The position numbers and the translations under genes are program-made. From contig NC_069004.1 of the NCBI RefSeq assembly GCF_001194135.2, positions 16,758,020 through 16,802,499 of the forward strand: DNA of 44,480 bases, in the 5' to 3' direction. Below are positions 24,470 through 35,403 of the stretch, piece after piece. This DNA comes from Octopus bimaculoides (Eukaryota). Each line of letters begins with the position of its first letter. Within the stretch, counting starts at the first letter, position 1. The notes beneath the pieces are model-generated. The model was not told where the DNA came from and did not search any database. It saw only the letters and a list, made by a program, of their open reading frames with translations.

Positions 24470-27400
24470 TCAGGTGCTGAATAACATCTCTCCTTCCTGT
24501 GTTACTTCCCATATCTCTTTCCCAGTTTTCAGAGTTGGCACTGTAAATATAGGCACATTGATAGGTAGGTCTAGCGAGATTGTAGAGATGCTTGAACAGA
24601 GACACGTTGATGTATGTTGTGTACCAGAGGTAAGGTGGAGAGGAACTTCAGCCAGAATCCTCACAGGCAAAGCACATAGGTCTAAACTCTTCTGGGAAGG
24701 TAATAGTAATGGGGGCATGCTTCTTGCAGAGAAATGGGTAGATAAGTTCATAGAGGTAGTGAGGGTGTGCGATAGAGTACTTAAACTCAGGTTAGTTTTG
24801 CGGAATGGTGTAGTTACAATTATCTCTGCCTACGCACCACAAACGGGCCTACCAAATGAACAGAAGGATCACTTTTATGATATTCTTCTGCAGGCTACCT
24901 CAAAGATGAGTGACAATGATCTCATCTTTGTGGCTGGAGATTTTAATGGGCATGTTGGACGGCAACCTGGTATCTTCCATGGTGTCAATGGGGGCCATGG
25001 AGTTGGTACCAGAAATGAAGAGGGAACTAGGCTCCTGGAGTTCTGCGATGCAGATAACCTATTCATCTGCAACACCAACTTCAGGAAGCCAGTTAGCCAC
25101 CTGATAATCTATCAATCAGGTGACTCTGCTAGCCAGTTTGATTTCATTCTCACCAGACAGCGGGATGCATGGTTGCTCTTAAATACAAAGGCCCTCTCTG
25201 GTGAAGAATGCACCCCCCAGCATAGACTAGTTATTAGTGACTTTAGACTCGTGACCAGAAGGATACCAAAAAGCAGACCAATCTGGAAAAGAAGGACTTG
25301 GAAGCTTAAGAACCCTTCACATGGTCAGAGATTTAGGGATATCTTTACCAAGAAATTTGATGATCGGGAGGAGGAGCTACAGTCCAGTGACATAGAAGGC
25401 AGCTGGGAATTCCTGCGAGACAGCTTACCGAGTGCCACAGATCAAATCTGTGGTTGGTGCAAAGTCCCTTCCAAACTTAGGGTAACCTGGTGGTGGGACA
25501 ATACTGTAAACAGGGCCATTAGAGCAAAGAAACAGGCTTGGAAGGCCTGGAAGAGTGGGGGTAGCAGGAGAATGTATCAGAGAGCCAAAAGGGAAGCTAG
25601 GAGACAGGTATATATAGCCAAGGAGTAGCAGAAAAGAAGTTTGCTAATGTTCTGCGACATGAGGACCAAAGAATTGAAGTATTTGAGATTGCAAGACAGT
25701 GTGTCAGAGAAAGCTGTGATGTCATAGGAGAGAAATGTGTCTGCATGGATGGTGGTGTCCTTGTGTTTAATGATTCTGGAAAGAAAGAGGCTTGGAGATG
25801 CCATTATGAAAGACTGCTGAATGTGGAGAATGAATGGGAGGAGGAGAGTTTGCCAAAGGCTGACCCAATTGAGGGACCAGCTACCCGAATTGACAGTTCC
25901 CTGGTAGATAAAGCAATTAAGGATATGAAGATAGGGAAAGCACCTGGCCCATCAGGAATCACCACTGAGATGCTTTAAATATCAGGCAGTCTAGGTTATG
26001 GTCTTGTCACCCACATCGTAAATCAGGTAGTTCATGAAGGAGTCATACCCAGTGACTAGTGTAGCAACACCATAGTCAACTTCTACATGGGTAAAGGTGA
26101 TGCTTTAGATAGAAATAGCTACAGGGGTATCAGATTATTGGATCAGGTGATGAAAGTTACTGAGAGGATCATAGCCCAATTAATTAGGGAGAGAATTAGC
26201 CTAGATGAGATGCAGTTTGGTTTTGTGCCAGGCAGAAGCACCACTGATGCTATATTTCTGATAAGGCAACTGCAGGTGAAATATCTAGCCAAAGATAAAC
26301 CTCTGTACTTAGCTTTTGTTGACTTAGAGAAAGCCTTTGACAGGGTCCCTCGATCTATTATCTGGTGGTCAATGCAGAACCTAGAGATAGATGAGTGGTT
26401 GGCAAGAGCTATACAAGCCCTGTACAGGGATACTGTCAGTAAGGTGGAGGTTGGCAATGAGTATAGTGAAGAATTCCAAGTAGAAGGAGGGTTTACCAAG
26501 GATCGGTCCTCAGCCCTCCTCTTATTTATTGTAGTCTTCCAGGCAATAACAGAGGAGTTCAAGACAGGCTGCCCCTGGGAACTCCTCTATGCTGATGACC
26601 TTGGCTTAACAGCCAAGTCACTGTCAGATCTAGAGATGAAGTTTAGGGTGTGGAAGCAAAGTCTAGAATTGGAGGGCCTTAGGGTTAACCTAGCAAAAAC
26701 CAAAGTCTTAGTAAGTAGGAAGGCTGTCAAATCATAAACTCCTTCAGGTAGATGGCCTTGCTCGATCTGTAGAAAAAGCGTAGGTAGAAACTCCATATGA
26801 TGTATCCGGTGTAAGTTAAGGACACATAAAAGGTGCAGCAATATCAAAGGAAGGTTAACTGGGAAAATAGTTTTTGTGTGTGGCAGATGCACTGGGGCAG
26901 TAAACACTGAAGATGTACAGAAAACAGATTCCATCACATGCCAGGGGGAGAAACTAGAAGTAGTTAATAGCTTCCCCTACCTAGGCAACCAAGTCTGTAG
27001 TGGGGTGGTTGCTCTGAGAGTGTAGCAGCTAGAATAAGAGTAACCTGGGCAAAGTTCAGGGAGGTCCTACCTCTGCTGGCAACTAAGGGCCTCTTGCTCA
27101 GGATGAAAGGTAGACCGTATGATGCATGTGTGCGAACTGCCATGCTACACAGCAGTGAAGCATGGGCCATGACTGCTGAGGACATGTGTAGGCTTGAAAG
27201 AAATGAGGCTAGTATGATCAGCTGGATGTGTAATGTCAGTGTGCATACATGACTGAGTGTAAGTGCCCTGAGAGAAAAGTTGGACATAAGAAGCTTCAAA
27301 TATGGTGTGCAAGAGGGATAACTGTGCTGGTATGTATTATGTATGAATGAGGACTGCTGTGTGAAAAAGTGCCACTCCCTAACTATGAAAAGAACCCGTG

Positions 27401-28310
27401 GAAGAGGTAGACCCAGGAAGACATGGGATGAGGTGGTGAAGCATGACCTTCAAACATTGGGTCTCACAGAGGCAATGACAAGAGACTGAGACCTTTGGAG
27501 ATATGCTGTGATTGAGAAGACCTGGCAACTAAAGTGAGATCACAGCCTTGCATGTCTAGTCCAGTTAAGAGTACCCCTGATGCATTGGGCAATATGATAT
27601 TGAGAAGACCTGTCGAGTCAAGTAAAACCAAAATCGTAGCTGTGGCCAGTGCCCCCTGACTGTGCCGGTGGCATGTAAAATGCACCATCCAAACATGGTT
27701 GATGCCAGGTCCGCCTGACTGGCTCCCGTGCCGGTGGCATGTAAAAAGCACCATCCAAATGTGGCTGATGCTAGTATCCCCTAACTGGCTCCCATGCCAG
27801 TGGCATGTAAAAAGCACTATCCGAACATGATTTATGCCAGGATCACCTGATTGGCCCCTGAGCTGGTGGCACATAAAAAGCTCCATCCAAATGTAACCGA
27901 TGTCAGTACCCCGTGATTGACTCCTGTGCCGGTGGCATGTAAAAAGCACCATCCGAACATGGCCAATGCCAGTACACCCTGACTGGCTCTTGTGCTTGTG
28001 GTATGTAAAAAGCACCATCCAAATGTGGCCGATGCCAGTACCCCCTGACTGGCCCCCATGCCGGTGGCATATAAAAGGCACTATCCGAACATGATCAATG
28101 CCAAACCCACCTGACTGGCTCCTGAGCTAGTGGCTCATAAAAAGCACCCACTGCACTCTGAGAGTGGTTGACGTTAGGAAGGGCATCCAGCTTTAGAAAC
28201 ATTGCCAGATCAGATTGGAGCCTGGTGCAGTCAGTCGCTGGCTCTCTAGACCTCAGTCAAACCGTCCAACCCATGCCAACATGGAAAACAGATGTTAAAC
28301 GATGATGTGA
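24470..28310 (+). mobile_element. Near full-length RTE-clade LINE (APE + RT + PHD-like insert + 3' UTR), inactivated
   Basis: RVGTVNIGTL, SAYAPQTG, GDFNGHVG, QHRLV; RT YRGIRLL, QFGFVPGRSTTDAIF, FVDLEKAFDRV, LYADDL. Frameshift near 25625, stops at 25976, 26057 and 26735; GAT tail. Lies in raptor intron 1, sense. Confidence 0.97.
27655..28146 (+). repeat. 66-bp tandem array, about 7.5 units, in the RTE 3' UTR
   Basis: GCATGTAAAA at 27671, 27737 and 27803, continuing with a 66-bp period. Confidence 0.92.
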
Positions 28311-28354
28311 TGTATCTGGTATTTGGAACATAAAAAGTTCTTATGCAAAAATAT

Positions 28355-28561
28355 ATCTCTTTTACTTGTTTCAGTCATTTGACTGCGGCCATACTGGAGC
28401 ACTGCCTTTAGTCAAGCAAATCGACCCCAGGACTTATTCTTTGTAAGCCTAGTACTTATTATATCGGTCTCTTGCCAAACCGCTATGTTGTGGGGATGTA
28501 AACACACTAGCATCGGTTGTCAAGCGATGTTGAGGGGACAAACACAGGCACATAAACTTAT

Positions 28562-28594
<33 letters not shown>

Positions 28595-28742
28595 CATATA
28601 TACGATGAGCTTCTTTCAGTTTCCGTCTCAAATCCACTCACAAGGCTTTGGTCGGCTCGAGGCTATAGTAGAAGACATTTGCCCAAAGTGTTGTGCATCT
28701 GAATCTGGGACCAAGTGGTTAGGAAATGAATTTCTTAATGAT
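28355..28742. mobile_element. Composite of TTTTACTTGTTTCAGTC repeat (+), (TA)n and tRNA SINE (-)
   Basis: Same two modules as 4797-5340 in the reverse arrangement. Confidence 0.75.
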
Positions 28743-28789
28743 GCAAGGATGTTGAATTGATTGAGAGAAACCTGAATCCTCATTAGCAT

Positions 28790-29020
28790 CATTACCATCA
28801 ACATCGTCATTTAGCATCCACTTTTTCGTGTTTGCATGGGTCAGGTGGAATTTGTTGAAGTAGATTTTCTATGGCCAGTTGCCCTTCTTGTTGTTGACCC
28901 TCACCTATTTCCAGGCAAGGTAATATTTACCATGGAAGCCTGGAAATGAACAATGCCACTTGATTGATGGTGATGTTCATTTACGACCATCATGTAATGT
29001 CAAAACATAGATGCACACAA
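28790..29020 (-). mobile_element. Second RTE-like 3'-end repeat family with GAT-type tail
   Basis: CATCCACTTTT...TTTGCATGG...GGAATTTGTTGA, shared with 38055-38280. Confidence 0.6.
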
Positions 29021-29347
29021 ACATATATCTACAATTCAGAAGTGTGTCCTCTTCATGGGGCATTTTTTTTTTTGTTAGTCGAAGAATGTCTGGTGTCTTC
29101 AGATATTGGGTGATAGGGTTAGGGTAGTTGTTGAATCTGCAGTGAGGGTGAGTTCCAAGAAGATACAGAGAAAGGGAGAGGGTTGTTTTAGCGTAGGGAT
29201 TTGGATAGTATAAGTGTTACGGAGAAGAAGAAATGGATGAAACGAGTGAGTTTAGGTGAATCCATTAGAAGTGAGAGTTACTGTTGTTGTAGGAGAAAGA
29301 GTTGAATGCTGAGCCCTGGTGTATGGTCAATACTTTAATATTTAGAG

Positions 29348-29597
29348 CAGTGTTTCTCAACCATTTTTTTTACCTATGAACTCTTTGGTTCCTGTTTTAC
29401 TCATATGGGCCCTCCTAACCATTTGATGTTTAAAAAATCATATTGTCTTTTTAAACATTATTAGGAATTGTATTAAAAAATTGTTGAAATATTTTGTGTA
29501 TTGTAGAAATATAACCAATTTTATTGCAGATGAATTTTAACAACAAAATCTTATATGGGTCCCCAAGGGCCATATGGATCCCAGTTCAGAACCTCTG
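29348..29597. mobile_element. hAT-type MITE
   Basis: TIRs CAGTGTTTCTCAACC and AGTTCAGAACCTCTG; perfect 8-bp TSD ATTTAGAG at 29340-29347 and 29598-29605. Confidence 0.88.
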
Positions 29598-29754
29598 ATT
29601 TAGAGAATGTAGGCTCTGTGAATGGTTAATAATGAAATTATTCTTTTTCTCCTTTATGAAAACCCAGTTTTAATTCATTTAAAGGGATCTGGTGTTAAGA
29701 ATGAAAACTATTTGAAAGTACATATTCAACAACTGTTTTGGTGATATTTTTCAG

Positions 29755-29857
29755 ATGAAAACTGTCAGTGTTGCCTTGGTATTATGTTTGAATGTTGGAG
29801 TGGACCCTCCTGATGTTGTGAAAACCTCTCCTTGTGCTCGTTTAGAATGTTGGGTCG
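29755..29857 (+). CDS. RPTOR: Raptor exon 2 ([34 protein letters not shown])
   Basis: Near-identical to the conserved RNC start. Acceptor ttttcag, donor gtgagt, 103 nt, frame joins exon 1. Confidence 0.97.
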
Positions 29858-29894
29858 GTGAGTAACTTTCACTTGTTCTATTCATTTATATATA

Positions 29895-30594
29895 CAGGGT
29901 GTCCCAGAATTATCTCTTTCAGTGAAATTGGACAATTTAAAAAAAAATACTCACTTTTATATATGTTTATCATGATTAATATGTGTTGAATAGGTATAAA
30001 TTTTTAGTTTTCTTTATAATTTTATAATTTTTTAAAATAATTTTATTTTCATTCCTGTTAGATCCTGTCCATGACAGCTTTTATTCAGTTTTGCAGCATT
30101 CATTTTCTCTATCTCCCTCCTCAAGATGGAGCAATAGTTTGGCTAAACTTAACCCTTTAGTGTTTGCATTATTCTACCCAAATTAATGCTTTTTCATCCA
30201 CATTGTTTTGAACTAATCATGCATTATCTTGTAACTATGAAATTTTGATGAGGTAGCTGTTAATTTTTAAAACGATATTGTAGGGTTGGTGTGAGAGACC
30301 AGATCTGACCAGTTTGAACATAAAACAGGCAGAATACTTTTGGCCGGATATGGCCGGTTTAAATGCTAAAGGGTTAAAGAACACATTCAGTTAGCAGTGC
30401 AGGAGATAATGTCTGAAGTGCTTCAAAATGTGTTTCACAATGCTAATGATAGATTTGAAATTTGCAGGGATACAAATAGAGTGCATTTGTAAGATTTATA
30501 AATCTATTTGCTTTGGTGTCATAATTAATAAACACAAAATTCTGTTAGTTTCTGTAAAAAAGTTGCCATTAAAATAAATAGTTAATTTTGGGAC

Positions 30595-30600
<6 letters not shown>
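29895..30600. mobile_element. Tc1/mariner-type MITE starting 38 nt after the end of raptor exon 2, containing a nested TTAA MITE
   Basis: TA|CAGGGTGTCCCAGAATTA ... TAATTTTGGGACACCCT(A)|TA. Confidence 0.8.
30153..30373 (+). mobile_element. piggyBac-like MITE with TTAA TSD
   Basis: TTAA|CCCTTTAGTGTTT ... AAATGCTAAAGGG|TTAA. Confidence 0.88.

Positions 30601-30638
<38 letters not shown>
30599..30638. repeat. (TA)n microsatellite
   Basis: Seen directly. Confidence 0.95.
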
Positions 30639-30641
<3 letters not shown>

Positions 30642-31423
30642 TGTGTCATGTATTTTTGCAATCGTTTTTATTACATCAGAGGATGTAACTTATTTTCCAA
30701 TCTATTTTCTTCATTTTGTAAATTGGGATATTTAGACACAAATTTAAAAGTAGCTTGAATAAATGTCAAGATTTTCAGAATCATTTGATTCAAGACTGTA
30801 AATTGATGTAGAAATATTGATTTTAAAAAGGAAAAAAGATCTTAATTTTGAGGAATTTGTATATTCAATTAAACTGACACAATACTTAATGAGTACTTTA
30901 TTCTAACCAGTATTTTATTATATTGACTTCTTGGAAGAATGGAAGACAAAGTTGATGTTGGTGAAATTTGAACTTATAGGAATGTAACAAAGCATTGCAC
31001 AGCATTTCATTTTATTGTTGTAATAATTCTGTTAATTGACTGCAAGAATAATGCATCTCCTACCATCCCATCACTGTATAACTCTCTCTCTCTCTCACAT
31101 AGCCCACCCCAATGACTCTGCTATTCATCTATTTCTCTTTCTCTTTTACTACTCCCTTCTCTAACACTGTCTTTATTACTCTCTCTCCCTTACCATCTTC
31201 TCTCAACACTAAGCCTATGTAACTTTCATAAGAACTGGTTCAAATATTCTTGACCCTTCCAACCCATCACAGGCTTCACCTATTCAACCTACTCATTACC
31301 ACTTTGTCCCCTCTCCTTCACACTAATCCTGACATTGCTTTTTCTCTTCCCTTCTGGACACTGTTCCCTCTGTTATTCTCTCCACTATCATCCTCTCACA
31401 ACAATAAATCTTTTCCATCCATC

Positions 31424-31473
31424 NNNNNNNNNNNNNNNNNNNNNNNNNNNNNNNNNNNNNNNNNNNNNNNNNN
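31424..31473. other. Assembly gap (50 N)
   Basis: Seen directly. Confidence 0.99.
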
Positions 31474-31649
31474 GTGGGTGGTCTCTCACCTTGCTAGCTA
31501 CAAAGCAACTCCACTAAGGCTGGTACCACAAAATAAACTCCCAATACAATCAGTAATGATTCGTAAATCAAATTGAGCTGCAATAATGCAGGGCTCAAGA
31601 AGGCCCTTTAGTTCTGCTGACTGTAAGGCAATCTCAGTAGTGTTGGTAC

Positions 31650-31822
31650 CATGAAAAATGCATTCAGTATACTCTATAGAATGGTTAGGAAGGGCATCAA
31701 GCTGTAGATGTAAACAAAACTGAGACATTGGAACAAGACCGAGTCTTTTGATCTGTTGATTCCTGTTGAACTGCCCAGCTCATTCCAGCATGGAAAACTG
31801 ATGTAAAATGTTGATGATAATG
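31650..31822 (+). mobile_element. RTE 3'-end fragment
   Basis: GGTTAGGAAGGGCATC...CCAGCATGGAAAA...GATGAT. Confidence 0.7.
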
Positions 31823-32559
31823 AATTCATTAGCTTTACAGCTAAGGGAATTAAACATTATTAAATATTGAGTAAACAAATAAATGTAATCAGTAAAGCAA
31901 TGAGTGCATTTTAAAAATATTTTTGGTATTTCCTGCCCTTGCAATACATTTTTGTATTACTATGTTACTTATCTCATTCTGTTTTCAAGTATCTCTTTAT
32001 CATAGCACTGTATGGTATATTATATATGTGACTGGATTTCCCTATTAAATAGCTGTCATATCTCATATTTACTTTTTAAGAGTTAAAAAATATGTTATGT
32101 TTGTGTTTCTATGTGTATGTTCTTGTGAACAAATAAAAGTAGCACTCAACGCATTTGGTTGGAGTTACGTGTATTTAATAACAATTCAATTTGCTTCTCA
32201 TGACTATTTTAATCTAATGCTGCTTCTGCTGTGTATAAAGGATTTTTATTCAGCTGTGTGGCTATTTGCATCATCAGTAATTATTTATTTACTGTTTTCC
32301 CATATCACTGGCAACAAATTTCACCTAGACATGCAGTTGGCTGTAAGTACATGCTATTGACAATACCCATGAGGCAGAAATGCATCTAGTGTTCTCATCA
32401 GCCACTGCTAAGATGAAAATCATCTGCTTTCAATATATTGTGTTTTTAAACACAGCAAGTCCGTTAGAGACATTATCTTTGGACAAATACCACAGTAAAT
32501 TTTCTATTTTAATCTAATACTACTTCTGTTGCATATAACAAATATATATATATATGAAT

Positions 32560-32790
32560 ATGGCCTAGTGGTTAAGGTCTTGCACTCACAATTGCTAGAT
32601 CGTGGGTTCGATTTTCAAACCGAGCAGCATGTTGTGTTCTTGAGCAAAGCGCTTCATTTCATGTTGCTCCATCTGGAGGAATGTTGGCCTGCTCACCTTG
32701 CCAGCAGGATGGCATCATTTGAAAGCTAAAATGATGCAAAGTCCATGGGGACCAGTAATGTATAACAACATTCGATGGTCTGGTCAATCA
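32560..32790 (+). mobile_element. tRNA-derived SINE
   Basis: A-box TGGCCTAGTGG and degenerate B-box GGGTTCGATTT, followed by TTGAGCAAAGCGCTTCAT body. Confidence 0.65.
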
Positions 32791-33176
32791 CATGATACAC
32801 ACATACCTTTTTCCTTCTTGAGGGTTCTCAACTTCTGACAATTGTAGGAGTGTTTTCATAACATACAGCATACCTTGAGTATTTTAAACTTGGGAGAACC
32901 CATTCCTCTTCGAGTCATATATTTATATGGTGTGCATGCACACACACACACATACACATCCAATAGATTGATGGTGTGTAGATAGTTGGTTGTTGTGTTA
33001 GTCCCAAGTCAATCATGATTGAGTAGATACATGTTGGTTTGATTTGTCATCAGATTGACTGGATATGACCAACCTTATGTTTGAAATGTGTATTTATCAT
33101 CACACACGCGCACACACACACACACACACAAACTACTTTACATAAATTCATGGAATAATAAAATTTTTTTTTTCAG

Positions 33177-33337
33177 ATCCTCTTTCCATGAGTCCTCCAA
33201 AAGCTTTAGAGACTATTGGAAATCGTCTCCACCAACAGTATGATAGATGGCAGCCACGGGCCCGTTACAAACAATCCCTGGATCCAACTGGTGATGAAGT
33301 CAAGAAACTTTGTACAACTATGAGGAGAAATGCTAAA
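33177..33337 (+). CDS. RPTOR: Raptor exon 3 ([54 protein letters not shown])
   Basis: Poly-T tract plus cag acceptor, phase 1 start, donor gtaaaa at 33338, 161 nt, conserved [13 protein letters not shown]. Confidence 0.96.
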
Positions 33338-34384
33338 GTAAAATAGTATTCCATTCTATTTGCTTCAGTAGTTAAACGACTTGAAGTTGCTATCACACTT
33401 CAAACATAAATACATGAATTCTTAGAATACCATCAGCAGAATGTCAAAGCCTTTGTCCTGATCTTTGTTTTATGTTGAATTTTCCATGCTAGCATACCAG
33501 TATTGTTTTACTGCCAAATGCTTTTCCTGTTGCTAACCGTTGGTTGTTTTTCATCTAAGGGATCTCTCATATCACACATCTTTGTAGGTGCTGAGCAAGC
33601 AGATAATTTATTGATGGGAGAAGTGACAACAACTTCTGTAGAGCACAAATGGAAACAAGCCAAGACAATCACACACACACAACGGACTTCTTTCAGTTTC
33701 CATCTGCCACATTTATTCACAAGGCTTTCGTTAGCCTATTGCTATAGTAGAAGACACTTACCCAAGGTGCTGCATAGTGGAACTAAACTTAAAACCACAT
33801 AGTTGTGAAGTGAATTTCTTAACTGAACAACCATATGTGTTCCTTCTTTAATTATGACATTTCTAAACATAAAAGAAATTAATTGATCAAAAAGTTTCAT
33901 TCTTGGTTACTGTTATTTTTCGAAGTGACAGACTTTGGCAAACATCTTCCTACAAGACGACCATGTTTGTTTATATAATATGAAAATAAATGATAGCAAA
34001 ATTGTCTCCCAAGTTGATAATGGTAAAAAGGGCTGGGGTAGAAGTAGACCAAGAAAGGCTTTGTAAGAAGTGATCAAGATATTGGATTACAGTCACGGTA
34101 TGATTTCTAATTGAAACATGTACAAAGATGCACATTGTACAATTCTACAACCCAAACCAAAATGGATGTTGTGTTTAAACCAGCCAAATATTCTACATAT
34201 TTTACATTCAAACTGGCCATATCTAGCCTCTCACACCTAACCTACATTGGCATTCCAAAAATAAACAATCATATCATTGAAACCTCAAAGCTATAAGATA
34301 ATGCATGATTAATTCAAAACAATTTAAATAAAAAAGCATTGCATTATTTACATTTAACGGATATTTGTCCTCATCTTGTTTGTT

Positions 34385-34430
34385 AACACAATGTTTTGGC
34401 TGATATACCCTCCAGCCTTCATCAGGTATC
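34385..34430 (-). ncRNA. Minimal type I hammerhead ribozyme motif, decayed (G12 to A, G16.2 to A)
   Basis: Minus strand: gatac-CTGATGA-A-GGCTG(gagggtatat)CAGCC-AAAA-CA-TT-gtgtt; both changes are at CpG sites. Confidence 0.6.
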
Positions 34431-34721
34431 TTGGGGAAATTTTGAACCTGGGTTCTCATTCCTAAGGTATTTTTTGATGATGATGATGTTGTTGTTGTTG
34501 TTGTTGTTGTTATTATTATTATTATTCAGGTCACTACCTGGAATTGAACTCGGTATCTTGGAGTTAGTAGCCCACGCTCTTAACTACTACGCCATATGTA
34601 GAGACTCAAAGCTAATACCACCTGGCTTGAATATAATGACACCAGCCAATGGGCATATGGTGTAGTGGTTAAGAGCGTGGGCTACTAACCCCAAGATTCC
34701 AAGTTCGATTCCAGGCAGTGA

Positions 34722-34762
<41 letters not shown>

Positions 34763-34809
34763 TCGAAAAATACCTTAGGTATGAGAACCCAAGTTCAAAA
34801 TTTCCCCAA

Positions 34810-34855
34810 GACACCTGATGAAGGCTGGAGGGTATATCAGCTGAAACGCTGTGTT
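34810..34855 (+). ncRNA. Minimal type I hammerhead ribozyme motif, probably inactive (U16.1 to C)
   Basis: gacac-CTGATGA-A-GGCTG(gagggtatat)CAGCT-GAAA-CG-CT-gtgtt: stem I, core, stem II and a very short palindromic stem III. Confidence 0.7.
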
Positions 34856-35195
34856 AACAACAAACAAGATGAGGACAAATATTTGTCAAATGTAAATAAT
34901 GTACATAATTTCTCATCCCTTAAATATAGAACTGCAAAAAAGCATTACATTTAACAGAATAATCTGAACACGAAAGGATTGTGTTAAACACACCATTATG
35001 CTGTCAGTCAAAATAACCGATTTGTGATTCAGTGGCAGTATTGACCAGCTTGACATCAGCAAAAATTAAATTCTTACACATTTTGCCCCCTCCCCTTTCT
35101 TGTCTCTGTCAAGTTTGTAAATGATATAGAATAGTGGGAATATGTCAATTTACTGCTTATCAATGTTTCAACCATTGTCTGTCTTGCAATTTCAG

Positions 35196-35276
35196 GATGA
35201 GCGAGTCCTGTTCCATTATAATGGTCATGGAGTACCGAAACCAACATCAAATGGAGAAATTTGGGTTTTTAATAAA
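35196..35276 (+). CDS. RPTOR: Raptor exon 4 ([27 protein letters not shown])
   Basis: Hallmark FHYNGHGVP motif. Acceptor tttcag, donor gtaagt, 81 nt. Confidence 0.97.
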
Positions 35277-35403
35277 GTAAGTGTAGTTTTGTATATTTAG
35301 CATTTAATTGATGCTGTGAAGGAATTGGTTGCAGAGTTGTCTGCGATTTGGTGTAGGATTGATACATGTTGATGCAGACCTGTTGCATGATCGCTAATGT
35401 ATT

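Larger units (their letters stand above)
34341..34935. mobile_element. Palindromic insertion: two head-to-head tRNA-headed elements, each tRNA-like head + (AAT)n + Penelope-like tail with minimal hammerhead motif
   Basis: Arms 34342-34598(-) and 34654-34935(+), 55-nt spacer. A-box TGGTGTAGTGG, B-box GTTCGATTCC (34703-34712). TSD AAAAAAGCATT at 34330-34340 and 34936-34946. Confidence 0.88.

Noticed and set aside
27464-28081. 205-aa and 153-aa (8206-8667) His/Cys-rich repeat ORFs on the minus strand
   Set aside because: Antisense read-through of a 66-bp unit that is a multiple of 3 and lacks a stop in that frame; no independent gene evidence.
27655-28146. CRISPR-like regularly spaced repeats (also 8240-8667)
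   Set aside because: Whole 66-bp units are homologous with no unique spacers, there are no cas genes, and the array sits in a eukaryotic LINE 3' UTR.
28308-28350. Possible continuation of the piggyBac transposase beyond the RTE insertion
   Set aside because: The joined reading gives only a weak match (FQIPDTSHFG) to the expected QYIPSK.ARFG motif, and no convincing TSD.
29090-29330. Possible Penelope GIY-YIG remnants (also about 6520-6620 and 22930-23200)
   Set aside because: Too decayed to support by eye; needs a tblastn or HMM search.
34651-34722. tRNA gene (apparent anticodon ACT)
   Set aside because: Acceptor and anticodon stems pair poorly, and it is fused to a repeat tail and duplicated in inverted form; treated as a SINE head.
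34396-34814. Signal-peptide-like poly-Leu ORFs on both strands
   Set aside because: Produced by (TTG/TTA)n microsatellites inside the palindromic element.
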